This document shows positions 13,787 through 26,467 of a stretch of DNA of 64,000 bases, piece after piece. The stretch is taken from contig JAMWBK010000013.1 of assembly GCA_029953675.1 (NCBI GenBank), positions 620,001-684,000 on the forward strand, read 5' to 3'. Each line of letters starts with the position of its first letter. Position 1 is the first letter of the stretch. The translations under genes and the position numbers were made by a program. Under the pieces are notes generated by a model, which was not told the DNA's origin, did not search any database, and was given only the letters and a program-made list of their open reading frames with translations. The stretch comes from Rhodosorus marinus CCMP1338. Its lineage: Eukaryota; Plantae; Rhodophyta.

Positions 13787-16700
13787 TCATCTGTCAAAAA
13801 GCTGAAGCATGCCTTCAGCAGCGTTTCTCTGGTCATCCCGCGTGGACTCTGCAGCCTTATGATCATCTAAAGCGGAATCTGCAGGTTCCTCTCCATTTCC
13901 TCGAAAACTGATCAGTTCTGCCTTTTTTGCGCTAGCATTGGATCCACCTAATGGCTTGCTTTCTTCTGCGGCGCCAGCAGTTCCTTTGGACGAGCTCACA
14001 GTGCCCTTCTCGCCCTCGATTCCCTTCTGAGACGGTTCTTGTGTGGCTGTTGCGGAAAGTTCCGGGTCCGTCTTGCTGACAGGCGATGCTGGTGGTTTTT
14101 CTTCGTCAAGGGTAGGTCCAGTCGTCTTCGCCTCACCTCCTGCATCATTTCCATTGCTGCTTGATGGCCCCTGTACCGAATTCTCTTCAACTCTGGGATC
14201 TTGGAGCGAAATCATATCGCTGATTTCCGCTTTTCCAGGTGCTTCTTGGGTTTTCGCGGAGGCTTCGGGCGGCTGACCAGGTTCATTCGTATCCCCCGCA
14301 TCAACAGTGACGGACGTCACGGCCTCATACTTGGAAACTTCCTCGCTACTCTCATGGTTGTTCACCGCGTTATCTACATCGTCACCATCGAGAACAGTTT
14401 CCTTCAGCCCTTCGCCTTCATCAGCGCTCTTTCCGTTATCATCCATGACTGCAACCGGTTCCGCCGCGTCCTGTATAGCAGCGTTCGGCTCAGCTGCGTC
14501 TGGTTCAGCTGTGTTCGGCTCAGCTGCGTTCGGCTCAGCTGCGTTCGGCTCAGCTGCGTCCGGTTCAGCTGCGTCCGGTTCCGCTGCGTCCGGTTCCGCT
14601 GCGTCCGGTTCCGCTGCGTCCGGTTCCGCTGCGTCCGGTTCAGCTGCGTCCGGTTCCGCTGCGTCCGTTTCCGCTGCGTCCGGTTCCGCTGCGTCCGGTT
14701 CCTTTGTGATCGGTTCTGATGCTACTGGTTCCGCTCTATCGTTGCTTGCGAGATGCTTGCTCTCTTGCTCCATTTTCTCACGAGTTGACTTCGATTCTTC
14801 CAAGCCTTGTGTCTGCGCAGCAGCCACGTCCTTCGTCTCTGCAGGTTTCGCTCCGAAGGGTGCGTCCGCTTGCTCCTTCTGGCTCTCTCCCTGGGAGCAG
14901 AGTCAGGTGAAATATGTCAGGGAAATAAATAAAGCGAAGACGAAATGAACGTGGCGGAACACAAATCGGGCATGTAACACGTCCAACACATACCAACTTG
15001 AAACTCACATCGACTGATTCAGGGCGACTCGCAGCTCTCGGTTCCGGGGAGGTTTGGGTTTCCGCTTTGTCCTCTCCAACGACGGTGTGGGGCATCGCCG
15101 CACGCGAGTAAGAGGTGGTTCTATACATCGAAGTGGGACTTCGAGAAAATTGACGCTGCAAGGAAGAGGGCGACGCAGCGTGGGGGGAGCTGAGCGGTCT
15201 CGAGGAAAGCGGGAACGGACTACCACAGAAATCGAAAAAGAAAGCCGTCAGTTCTGGGGTATGTCGCAGTGATCAAATAAGTCGTCTACAGGTGTGCTAG
15301 GAATGTCACATGACTTGGCAAACGCTTACGAGGCTGCCGATTGTGTCATCTGTCGATAAGCAAGCTCACGCTGCTGCCTCTTCAACAAAACGTCCTCTAC
15401 TTGTCCTCCGGAACCATCAGACTCACCAGAGCTCGACGAGTCCCCACTATTCGAGCTACCAGAGCTGCTGGAGCTACTATCTAGGTCCAACGTCAAGCCT
15501 CCATCTTTAGCAGTTTGTCTTTCATCAGCCTTCCTTCGCGCCAGCAGCCTGTTTGAACGATTTCGAGGTGTGCTTAGCAAAATTGCGTCCACAGGTAGTT
15601 TCGAGTTTCGCGGCGCAATATCGCTTTGCTTCAGAAGGGTCTATTCCACTTACGCTTCAAGTCTCTTAATCTCTGCAGCGCCCTGCGGGATTGTTATTGA
15701 CGGCTGTTTGGAAGCAGCTTTCTTCCTCCCTACTACAGAGTTGACAAATGCTTCCATCTCTCGCAAGGTCTTATTGTCCATGGCATCAATGTCCAACTCA
15801 ATTTCCTCGTCCTTGTTCATCTCCGCTTTCCCGGTGCGCTTCGCAACAATCTCTATCAATTTGCCCAGTTTCTCTCCTGGCAACTGCAAGCGGGGTTGAG
15901 AAAAAAATATATACAGCTTAGCCCGAGAACAACCTCCAGCATGTCCAACTTCCTTTCCTCACCTTATTGATGTTCTCCCCCAGTTTTCTCTTTTCCTCAT
16001 AGGACATCGGCACGTGGTACAGAGCTGCAGCATGGATCGCGTAGGTCGGCGTCCGGGGGGAAGCCAACGGGGAAGACATTGCCCTCAATATCGACATTTG
16101 GCGTTGAACATCCTCCAGCTTCCTCTCAACGTCCCGTGCAGTGCGCTCCGTTTCGTCTTCAGCAGATTCCTACAAAGAAAAACAACAGAACACGGTGAAC
16201 CCACCGACCACTGAATCTTGGAGTAGCTGTTGAGCCGGGTAAAATATCAAGCTTACCTCATCGGCTTCAGGCTTGCTGACCGCTTTTTGTGACCTTTGCC
16301 TCTTTGGTTTCGTCTTCCCAGCCTCTTCCCCATCCGTAACTCGGTGGGATCTCTTCTTATGATGATGACTGTGCTTGGAATGCTTTCTATCCGCACCCTT
16401 CCCACTTTTCTTCTTGGGTGATCCCTTTTTCGGGGCATTTTCCTCTCCCTTCTCGGGCATCTCGAAGAGCTTTTGCTCGAGTTTGGCTAGCAAGCTTTTT
16501 GCTGCGTCGTGAATTTGATCGCCTGAGCGATTGTAGGAGATCGCGTTCGAAAATATGAGCCTCATGTCAACTGCCCACATTTCCACATTGAACTCATCTA
16601 CTTGCTTGCCACTTTGTGTATAGTCATGCCCCTTTTCGTTAACAACAAGAAAAAGGGTTTCAGTTAGCGACACTTCAAGAAGAGAGACAGCGCTGGGCAA

Positions 16701-17713
16701 ACTAGGATATCTGCAGATTGCAGCTCACATATTCACCAGATTCCATCTTCCGCATAACTGTCCCTAGGTCCATAGGTTTCTTAACGATATCGTGGTATCC
16801 GGGAATTGCCTCCGGTTTCCACAGTTCAGTTACCGGCTTTGAGAAGGACACGCCGTCCTTTTGCCTAGCGAAATCCTTGGCTAAGCGGTAGCAGAACTGG
16901 TATTGTCGCGATCTGGACCCGGGAGTAGGCACTATTTGCATCTCACCCGGTTGGGTTTTCAATAGAACAGAAGGGGTTCGCTGGCGCTTCGCCCTAGCCG
17001 CTTGGGACAATGCGTTCAGGTCCGGACTCTCTATTCCGGAATCGATTGTTGATTGACGCCGCTTCAGATCCATTGAGAATTCAATATCCTACGACCGGTA
17101 AAGGGTACATGTGTGGGTAGCTTGCCCTCGGGGAAACAAGCTGAAGCCGAACTGAGATAGGCGAGAACATACCTGCACAGGGCTAGCCGAGGTAGATCTA
17201 GGGGAGCTACTGCCGCTCGCTGACAGTCTCGGACTGTGGGCAAGTCTGCCCTTAGATGCGCTCTTGATCGTAGAATTGTTCTTCTCCGTGCTTGAACCGG
17301 TTTTGTTGCTCATCGCTTGCTCCCGCAAGTTTTGCACATACTCCCTGTCTTTCTCGAGTCTATCAAGCTTCGCACGTTCTGCGCTAATCTGATTGAGTCT
17401 CTCAAGAAGTTTTCTTCGCCGTTCCGTGCCACTACTGTCGGACAGATTCATGTCCACAAAGGAAGCTTTCTGCTGGGCTTGCGCTGATCTCGATGTGCGA
17501 GGGGACATCTAACACGGTATGCTGATGTAAGAATTTGTGGAGGATTCCGGACAAATACTAGAACGGTTTGGCGAAACATACCTTCTTCTCCGGAAAGGGG
17601 TCAAAATCATGATTTCTTCTCTTTCGATCCCTTTTCGACCTCCTTGTACCCTTCTCCTCCGCATCCTTTGGAGGCCCGTCCTCCACGGCAACCTCGATTT
17701 CCCCTTCAGGCAT
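13787..17713 (-). CDS. Bromodomain + extra-terminal (ET) domain protein (GTE/BET-like) with acidic repetitive C-terminus
   Basis: ATG 17713 (MPEGEIEVAVED). Bromodomain FSKPVTELW..EAIPGYHDIVKKPMDLGTV..KM / DMRLIFSNAISYN; ET domain EKLGKLIEIV...EEIELDIDAMDNKTLREME; Ser-rich tract. Joining of the 13787-15226 exons to this gene is inferred from phase-compatible splice sites. Confidence 0.8.
14457..14701 (-). repeat. Coding 15-bp minisatellite (about 16 units) encoding EPDAA/EPNAA
   Basis: Repeated GCTGCGTCCGGTTC(A/C) on the plus strand; translates to E-P-D/N-A-A in ORF 13787..14827. Confidence 0.95.
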
Positions 17714-20700
17714 GATGCTTACTCACGACCTCTTGGCCGCAGAGCTTTCCTTGCCAAATCTATCGCGAAGCTAATTCGCAGAAACTTCCACCAAGAAGAG
17801 AAAGTACGACTGCTTGCTGGCCCCCAAAAAGCTGTCATAGATGTCTAAAACAGGTGTATTCCAGGCTACAACGCGTCAATATGGATTACCCATGTTGAGC
17901 TCGCAGAATCCAATTACCAACCTCACGCAGTGGAACGCCTTGGTTTTCTAACCATCCAGCAGTTTCTCTCCGAGACCTAGCTCGAAAGCTATTCTAAGAC
18001 AGGGCCTTGCTCCGGCGGCTATCAACCATGAACTACAGGCGAAACGTAACAGCACTACAATCAGGATCATATACGCGGAAAAAATCACACCCCGAACCCA
18101 GCAGCATATCTAATTCAAATTTCATATGCCACCACTGGCCCACACAGTTTACAAATTTCCCTCTCCTCAACCCCTCCTTCAACCACTAGTCCACCCTAGC
18201 TGCAAAGTCTCAACCACAACCAAGCCGATGCTCTCATGCTCGGAATACTCGAACAACCTACCTTACACATCCAGCACCTCCGATGCCAAAATCGAAGTTG
18301 CAACCTCAACGCAAACTCCAGAAGTGCTTCACGATGATTTTCGAATGGTCAAAGACAATCCCGAGCTCGTCCAGGAACGAGCTCAATCTCCTCCCTCCGC
18401 ACTTGGTGCTTAAACATTCACAAATCTCCTCCTCAAAGAGAGTCTTTTTCAACCCCGCCCTCTCGCACTCCCGGAAGTCCTCTAGAATAGCAAACAAAGA
18501 CAGCAAACTCACCCAGCACACGCAACCACAAAATCCAAACACCCCACTCCCAAAAGGGAACAAAAAAAAATCACGAGCTCAAATTACCCCGCCACAATCT
18601 CACGCCCCTGTGCTGCTACCACAAACTCCAAAATTCCGATTTCAACATCCGCCAAACCACTAGCAAATAAAAAAAAAAATTTAAAAAGACCCTTCCAAAA
18701 CCTCAATCGAACGAACGCGTGTCTCCACAAAAACTACAACTCTTCCCTCCTCACACATACACATACCTTGAACGCTTGCAAGTACAAGATCCCCCTCTCG
18801 TTCCTCCCCCTCCCCCTCCCCCAACCGCGCGCACATAAAACAACACAAAACACACAATCAAGTGCGCCCTCCCCGGAAGCACACAGCGCGTCCTTCTACA
18901 TACAGCTGGAAAGCGCAGATGTGGACCGTCGTATTTATACTCTTCACTCGGGCCAAACATGACCCGTTAAACCGGTTTCAAAAAATTACACCAGATATAA
19001 GCTTAGGGGTTGCGTAAATTTCCATTGTCCGAAACGCGTTAATATTTTGATATCTATTCATTCAGGGCGAAACAACCCGGTAGGGGTACTAGTGCTGTTG
19101 AGAAAACAGTTGATTTAGGTCAATTAAAGAAATATTCTACAGATTACGTTCTATCGTCCAAAATATATTTGAATTCTTGACTAACTCTAAAACTGTCGTA
19201 GTTCTAGATTCTGGAAGAACTTAATATAGATCGTCTCTGGTGACGACTGTGATTCTCTTCAGAATACTTCAAACACATGTTTCCTCGCCTTTTTTTCCTC
19301 CAATTTTTTTCAGCAAATGATCTAGGTCCCTTGCACGGGCGGATATAATGAATTTCATATATAGTTTTAATCAAAATCGACTACCACAATGTGAGCAGTT
19401 CGTTTTCAAGAAACTCGACGGGTTCTCACCAAAAGTCAAAAAATCACTTCCCCCCTTCAAGGCAACAACGGAGTACTTTGGTGACCATATTCAAACCCTC
19501 TTTTGCCGTCTAAATTACTTCATAAAATTTTGAAAAGGTAAACTATACCCCTCCGATACAAACCAAAATATTGCCCCGCTTGCTTTTACCGATCGAAAGT
19601 GGAAGAGGGGTGTTTGGAATTTGTCCGACACTATACAGCGGAAATAATTGTAAAAAAAGGCAAACGTAGAACGGTACTAAGACTTCCCAAAATTATTGTT
19701 TTTCAAGAAATCCGTATTTAGTACACGTTTTGATCTGGGCAAAGTTTGGTTGGTTGGAGGGAATTTTTTGGTCGGGATGTTTACCAATTTTCTTTTTCTG
19801 AGAAAACTAGTTCATGTAGGTCTTATTTTTGGGATTTGGGGCTTGGCAAATTTCTGCATTCAAGCCGCTCTTCTCCTCTGCTGTGATAAGAGCACGAGGG
19901 ACAAATGTGGAGGGAGGAGGGGAGCGCCTCTTCCTATCTTTCCAATGCTGACTAGAGGATTTGATTTCGCCCGGTTTGGGTGAGGGGAAATTTCAGTCTG
20001 ACAATGAGTCTTGGGGGAGGTTGGGGGAGGTTTGTGAATGGCCCCGATAAGCTGCAACTGCTTTTGTTTGATAGATACCAATCGCACGAAGCTTCGGCAA
20101 TAGGATTCCCCAGTGTGTTAGTGAATTACCTGATCTGTTAGGTCCAAACTCGGATCTATCGCATGCAATTCGATGGCGCTGAGCTGCTGTCACATCGCAT
20201 TGTCCTGGTCCATGATGCAATCAGGGTTCATTCAGCAAGTATTGTACTAGTGTGCACGACCAAGCCAGGAGCAGATGAGCCTAGAGTGTGAGGGCAGGAC
20301 AAGAGCAGGTTTCTTGCCAGTACGCATGCGATCTGCGCAAAGCTAGACATCTCGAGCGAAGCCGATACCAACGAAAGCTCAAATCCAGAGGAGCAGTACT
20401 TCAACCATTTCAGATCATGCTCGGCGTATGCCACCTTCAAAACCGGACCTTCGGGATCTTCGTTTTCCGTTCAAAGCACGTCGGGCCCTCGAAAACATCT
20501 CTTCATCCAAGAGTCGGAGGATAACCGGTGCATGCCAGTCACAGCGACAGATCTCGCCATCCATTGCCAATCTGCATTCCAACTGATGAACACAAACCGA
20601 ACCCATTCAATGAAGATCTAATGACTAGAAGTCTGACTTCTTTGCAGTTTTACAAGTCTCGATCCATTCCGTTCCAAGCCAGTCACAGTTTCGTAGAGAC

Positions 20701-21011
20701 ACTTAAACTGAACGAGGCAAACCGTGCAGGATGTACTAAGCACCTAACACTAATCCACGATTGCTGACCTGCGGGCCTTTGGAGAACCTGCAAATAGCAA
20801 CGCAAATAGCTGTGGGACGGGTGGGTGGTAAGGTATTTGCCTAGTAGCCACGATTGGAAAACTGTGCTATACAAGAATTGAACAAACCGTTTTGCAAACT
20901 TGAATTATTTATTATGGAAAGCTGAGAAGTTTTCGACTGGGGCTCTGCCTCTCTCTCTGGGAGCTGTAGATGCCAATTTCGTGCGTTTGACGAGGTCTGT
21001 ACTCGGGGTCT

Positions 21012-22393
21012 ATGGGTGATCGTAAATTTAGTCTACGCTTTGCCGCAAATAAACTGGCTCGATTGGATGAGTACAGTCTGACAGACCCATTCCTTGTTCT
21101 TTTTGTAAGACGCAATAGCTCTGAAAAGTATGTACAGGTGAGGATGCGATTTCCAGGGACCACTAAGATCCAGATCCGGCGGGCTCATCGCTCACCTGTG
21201 GCCGCAATGTTCATCAAGATCTTACTCCTCAGCTCGTTTTGTCTCTCTCTTTTCTCTTGTAGTACGCAAAGACGCGAACGTTGTACAACGACCTCGACCC
21301 TGAGTTTCCAGAGCAGTTCACCTTCGAGCTGAAACCGAATCTTCACTACCAATTCAAAGCGCGCGTGTACGACGCAGACTTACCGGACATGATGCTCACG
21401 ATCAAGGATCGCTACAGTACTCTGATAAAAGCAAACGAAAGGCATTTGTATTCCAAAGATCTCGTTGGCGAAGCCGAATTTACGTTGGAACAGGTCTGTC
21501 AGTTCCGAAAGATCTATCTCATTCTGCTCATCTCTTCCGCACGGACACGCGCGGAGCTTTGGAACAAAAATCGAAATCTTCACTGAGAAGCAATGCGTTG
21601 TCCAAGTGCTCCGACTCAACGGTGTCGAATTTCAATTCGCTAAAGCTAGTCCTGGTTTGTATACAAATGTAGTTGCAGCTGATGACGTTTGGAAGGATGG
21701 AGCTAGGGCTGAAGAAATCAATTCGGAGGCGGAGTAGAGAGCGTGGGCGATTAACCGTGTTCTACGAGTTGTTGCAGCGAGGAACAGGGGCTATTTTCAT
21801 GCATATACGCGCGAAGAATGCTGCTCAAACATTTCACAGCCACTACGATTACAAGCTGAAGCTATATAGACTCAGGAGGGACAAAGAGTGGATGCTTGTC
21901 CACTCACAAAAGCTTGTATTTCGGAGCAAGGGCCCCAACAAGGACTCTGACGTTGAGGTGGGAGCTTGAACTTCAAAGACCCTGAGCTAGCTCGTTTCTG
22001 TAGAGCTGAATATCGTAGCATCTCTGCCTTGTGCTTCATCATCCACAGTTCAACGGCCTACGCATGGATCACGGGCATGTCAACGGGGACTGGATGGGGA
22101 AGTTGCGGATGTGGCTCTTTTTTAGGACTAATACGACATCCAAAGTCACGTATCTCATGGGAGTTTTCGAGTTCTGCCTCAACGATGTAATGCGACGAGG
22201 GAATACATTCTCATCTGCAGCCCAATTCAGAGTTCCGTTTGATGCGTTAGAACCATTCCCATCCTTATTGAAACCTATGTTAGAGGTAAGTAGCCCAATG
22301 AAGTCCTCATGTTTCCACATCCGCATTTGCTCTCGACTGACTCCCTGCTAGCCTCTTAATCTGCATGTGTCATGGTTCCAGCTTAAGGAGTGA
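21012..22393 (+). CDS. Copine-like tandem C2-domain protein lacking a vWA domain, multi-exon
   Basis: C2A: LARLDEYSLTDPFLVL...YNDLDPEFPEQFTF...ARVYDAD...DLVGEAEFTL. Second C2-like unit: IFMHIRAKN...YKLKLYRL...LRMWLFF..LMGVFEFCLNDV. Inferred last exon PLNLHVSWFQLKE* ends at 22393. Confidence 0.65.
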
Positions 22394-23085
22394 GGCCAAG
22401 GCAGTCGCCTCATGCTCAAAAGGTCAATGTGCAGACGGCTCTCGGTGTCAGTACCAAGGCGGGACCAAGAGGAAACGAATTCTCGAAATGGAGCAAATCC
22501 ATTGTACAACAAAGTAAAATATAACTTCAAGGTGAACTCTACTCCTGCGGAACGCCCTTGTGCAGCAGCTTGATGACTTGAGCATTTACATATGCCGTTT
22601 CGCCGGGACTGGCTGCACGCCACAGCTTCGCTTAGAAGATAGCTCAAAGCTCTATGTTCATAAATGGATCTTTGTGAGACAGCGGATTTCGTAGTCGACT
22701 GTTCCTCCAAGTTGTATCATGTGATTCGGTTAACCTCAGAAAGCTGCCCCATGAGCAAAAACTCCTACACCAGCTGCTCGACCAACTCAGCCGTTCATGA
22801 CTCTAATCTACCTCACACCAACAGATGTTGATCTCCATGACTGTGCCTAGTTGTGCAGTCTCCTTTGGGTATGTTCCAAATGGCACGCCCTACACAGAGC
22901 AGTTAAGAAGTGCTGAGCGGTCCAAGCGTAACGTGCTGCCTTTATGAGGGACGAGGAAGGAGAGATGATTGCAAGTGCTGTGGGTCGTCTGCGACTGAGA
23001 CGTATTGATAACGAGCTCATTACAGCGTCAGAATAGCAGGAAGCTTTCCTTGTTCTGTCGCTGTTACAACAATTCTCGTGACAAG

Positions 23086-23620
23086 ATGTTGGGATGGATG
23101 GACATACCTGCTTTTAAGAGATATGTCGAAAAGGCGCGTGACCCTAGATACTTATGGGCGACTCGGGTTCTCCTTTTAGCGGGCCTCTTAGGTACTGGAC
23201 AGCTCTTGATGCACTACACGACTGGAATTATGGTAGACCAGAATGTGAGTTTGGCGATACTCTTGACCTGGAACGACTGGCATCTACGTTTGGTCTAACT
23301 CAAGTTGAACTTTCTCGGTACTTCTTATTAGGAACTACGGAAGGACATGCAAAATAGTATAGAAGGTAGACGCCAGAAACGTCTTGCGGACAACTCAGTA
23401 GCGATGATCTTGAAGGAGGGAACTGGAGCTGAGGAAATTGAAGAAGGATATGAAGAGGTAGTTGAACACGCGCCTAGAAAAACGTTTTTCAGACAATCTT
23501 GGAAGGAGGTGTTTCTCATCAATATGGACGTGTATGTTGTGCGTATTCCATCCGCAGATAAAGATCCCGCAGACAATTTGGCATCCAAGCGCCGAGCAGG
23601 AATCGAAGACAGGGGGATAA
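23086..23620 (+). CDS. Hypothetical small membrane protein (about 130 aa, 2 inferred introns)
   Basis: ATG 23086; one hydrophobic segment (RVLLLAGLLGTGQLLM). GTGAGT...TTATTAG and GTGTTT...CCGCAG introns give a continuous frame ending IKIPQTIWHPSAEQESKTGG*. Confidence 0.5.
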
Positions 23621-24393
23621 TAGTGGCCCTACGAACCGAATAATAGAACAAGAGAACTTTAAGAACGCTGATTTCTTCCAGCAGTGGAGTGCAGTATCGT
23701 TCGAATAATCTACGTGCACACATATGTAAGATATGCTCAAGACTTTCCCTGAAGTACATTGATATCCTAGTCGGGGGGATCTCAATTTTCTCGTGCGCTT
23801 TGTACATGGTATTTTCGACGTCAACTTTGATTTCCGGTTTCCTCTTCGACAGATCGTGACATAGATCCATCGAAGCTCGGATCCCGCGATCTGGGGGCAG
23901 CCGCAGAAGTAGAAGTCGACACATAATCCTACCCGAAGCACGAACCAAAACGCGTTGATGATGGGAAATAACAACTCGTCTGTTCCTTCAATCTAAAATG
24001 CTCACGCAGTACCTTGAAACAACGTAGAGCTTATTCATCTAGATTTGAATCCGCTGTGGCCCCTCCTGCAGTTGCATTCGAGCCTCCTCTTCCTCCGCTA
24101 GAACGCTCACATCCCAAAGGGGCTCAGTTCCAGTTTTCACTTGGGCCAAAAGATGCATAGAAGAGGTCGGAGGTACGGATACGTCTCGTGGGCAAGGTTA
24201 AGCTCTTCACTCCAATGCGTCCCTTGTAGACAAGTTTTCAATTATCGGCCTTTTCCGTACCGTAGAATCTTAGTCTGGTTGAGCAACCCATCGGGGAGCC
24301 ACGAATGCTTCATCCAACAGATCAGCTTATGTAGAAACAGCATAACCCCAATGATGATACACTGAAGTATTCGCATGTCCTGTGGGAGAGCAT

Positions 24394-24442
24394 AACCGGA
24401 CAAGACTCTGTTTCCAGAGTGTTTCCAGAGTCTTGTCCGGTT
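24394..24442. other. Perfect 17-bp inverted repeat (hairpin) with a 15-nt loop
   Basis: AACCGGACAAGACTCTG (24394-24410) and CAGAGTCTTGTCCGGTT (24426-24442). Confidence 0.95.
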
Positions 24443-25866
24443 CTACTCTCCATCTGTTCATCGAGGTACCTACCTCGACATTCACAGCAGAGATATGCGA
24501 CAGAGACTGCTCGTCTACTTAAACCGAGGAAGATCTTACCAAGGTCAATCTTGCAAGCTTACTTGTTCAACTACGATAGTACATGGACAGCAGCAGGTTT
24601 TGAAGCCGAGTCTCAGACACTCAGTACATCCAAGAGCATGCAACTAAATTGAAATTTAAAGAATTCCGTTCGGACTCTGTCCTTCAACGAATATTTATAT
24701 TTCGGTTATGCTTTTCAACGGTGAGCTTGGGACAAGAGAATATAGAAATTTGGCATAAATCATGGCGTCCCATCCTGCGATGTCCCCGCTGAGGACTCCA
24801 GGTGAGGATCGGACTCCGACAATTAGATCTTTAAACAGAGAGTGGTGAGCCGGGAGGCGATTCGGGAGCATCCCTAGGGAGAATCCCGTTCCTCAGCATC
24901 GTCTGGTCCCGCCTCACACACGTTTTGTGCTGGCCTCCAGGCAGCTCAAAGGTGCTGTATATACTCCGGCATGGTTAGGGATCAGTAGACAAGAGAACCA
25001 GTTCCGGGATGAGTTGCGGGGGAAGACTAATTTACGAACACTGAGCGAGCAGACGAGCAGAATTACCTACTGCAACTATCCTAATGAAGTTTTTAGAACA
25101 AAGTTGGGGATCTGCTGCTCTGGCCTAAAGGCGTGTACGCATCATCCGAAGATGCAGCCCGCATTGAGTTGCTGGACATGACCCCCGAAATTCGTCTTAC
25201 CCCTACAACTCATCTGCCCAGTGCCATTATCGGTCAAGAAGATTGCTCGTTTTGGTATCGTTTTCGTAGGCGCTGCTGAAAGTCTACACCCAGCAGATCT
25301 CTATAACTTCAACCCTAGGACCAATCGATTGACAAGCCGTGTCCAGGGCCACTCGGCTAACCGACCAAACCATAATCAGAGACAAAATCCCCCCAAAAAC
25401 ATAAAATAGAATCAAATTCCAGAACGACCTATAGTCTCCAAATCAATACCTTTTTTCTATTTTATTGATCTCTCCCCAAAACGATTACTGAAAATCCAGC
25501 TAAACGTAGTTTTAAGGATGTGTATCCTAAAAAAGAGCAATTTAGTTGTTGAAATTATGAACGTTGATTCTTTTTGCCTCTATTTCGTCGCCGACGTCGA
25601 CGGGATGTGGGACCAATGGCCCCCGGGGTGTTGGCCCATATAAATTTACCAAAAAACTAGTAATTGCGACGATGGCGTTGGGCGACTGCGAAGTTTGCAG
25701 AGGCGGAAGAATGCAACTGTTGTTGGTGGGGAAGCCCTACTGTAGACGGGGAGAAAGGGGGACTTGCATTCGACTGTTGAGGGAAGGTTGTTGGAGTTGG
25801 GGTTTGGGGGGACAGTAGGTTAGAAAGTATTTTGTTGGGGGGTTGTAGAAGCTTGATTCAGGAAAG

Positions 25867-26450
25867 ATGGTTCGTTCTGGAGGAACGAGGTCGAATACTC
25901 GGGATATGTATTCCCGTCCGTATCGGGGACATGGAATGCCGAGCCTGAGTACCTACTTGACCAATTTCAAGATTGGGGATTATGTTGAGATTATTACCAA
26001 CTCGGCTGTTCAGCAGGGAATGCCGTTCAAGTTTTATCACGGCAAGACCGGCCGAATTTTCAACATCAGTAGGGGCGCTGTAGGCGTCGAGGTTAACAAA
26101 GTTGTGCGAGACAAGAAGCTCGCTAAGAGAATTCACGTGAGAATTGAGCATGTAAAGAAATCCCGCTGCACTGAGGAGCTCAAGAATCGAGTGCGGAGTA
26201 GGGACGCATTGAGGCGTGAAGCTCGTGAGAAGGGGGGTGAGTACAGAAGCGTACGGAAGATAACCGGTTTCGCTTGGTCACGCTTAGCGTGTTTCTAACG
26301 TAACGATTTGTTTTCTGTGTTATTTGCTGATTTGCAGAAAAACTTGTGTTGCCGAAGCGCCAGCCAGCGTCTATGACCAAGCCAGCAATCGTGGTTGCTG
26401 GTGATAATATTGAATTGTTGGAGCCTGTCAAGTATGAGTTCATTTGCTAA
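25867..26450 (+). CDS. RPL21: 60S ribosomal protein L21 (eL21), 2 exons
   Basis: R.NTRDMYSRPYR.HG..SLSTYL..FKIGDYV.I..NSAVQQGMPFKFYHGKTGRIFN...KRIHVRIEHVKKSRC. Intron 26237-26337; exon 2 ends LEPVKYEFIC*. Confidence 0.97.
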
Positions 26451-26467
26451 ATCTTAAGAGATAAACC

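Noticed and set aside
14201-14948. Plus-strand ORFs with CVRFR/CVRLS and ASGSA repeats
   Set aside because: Alternative-frame and antisense read-outs of the EPDAA minisatellite.
17830-18700. Separate gene upstream of the bromodomain gene
   Set aside because: Better explained as its G/T leader plus an intron-containing 5' UTR (acceptor TTTTAG near 17848); the frames are short and stop-ridden.
23328-23974. Two long overlapping minus-strand ORFs
   Set aside because: Partly antisense to the 23086-23620 gene. Both frames are open, neither has a motif, and upstream minus frames (24000-24650) contain many stops, so no gene model is supported.
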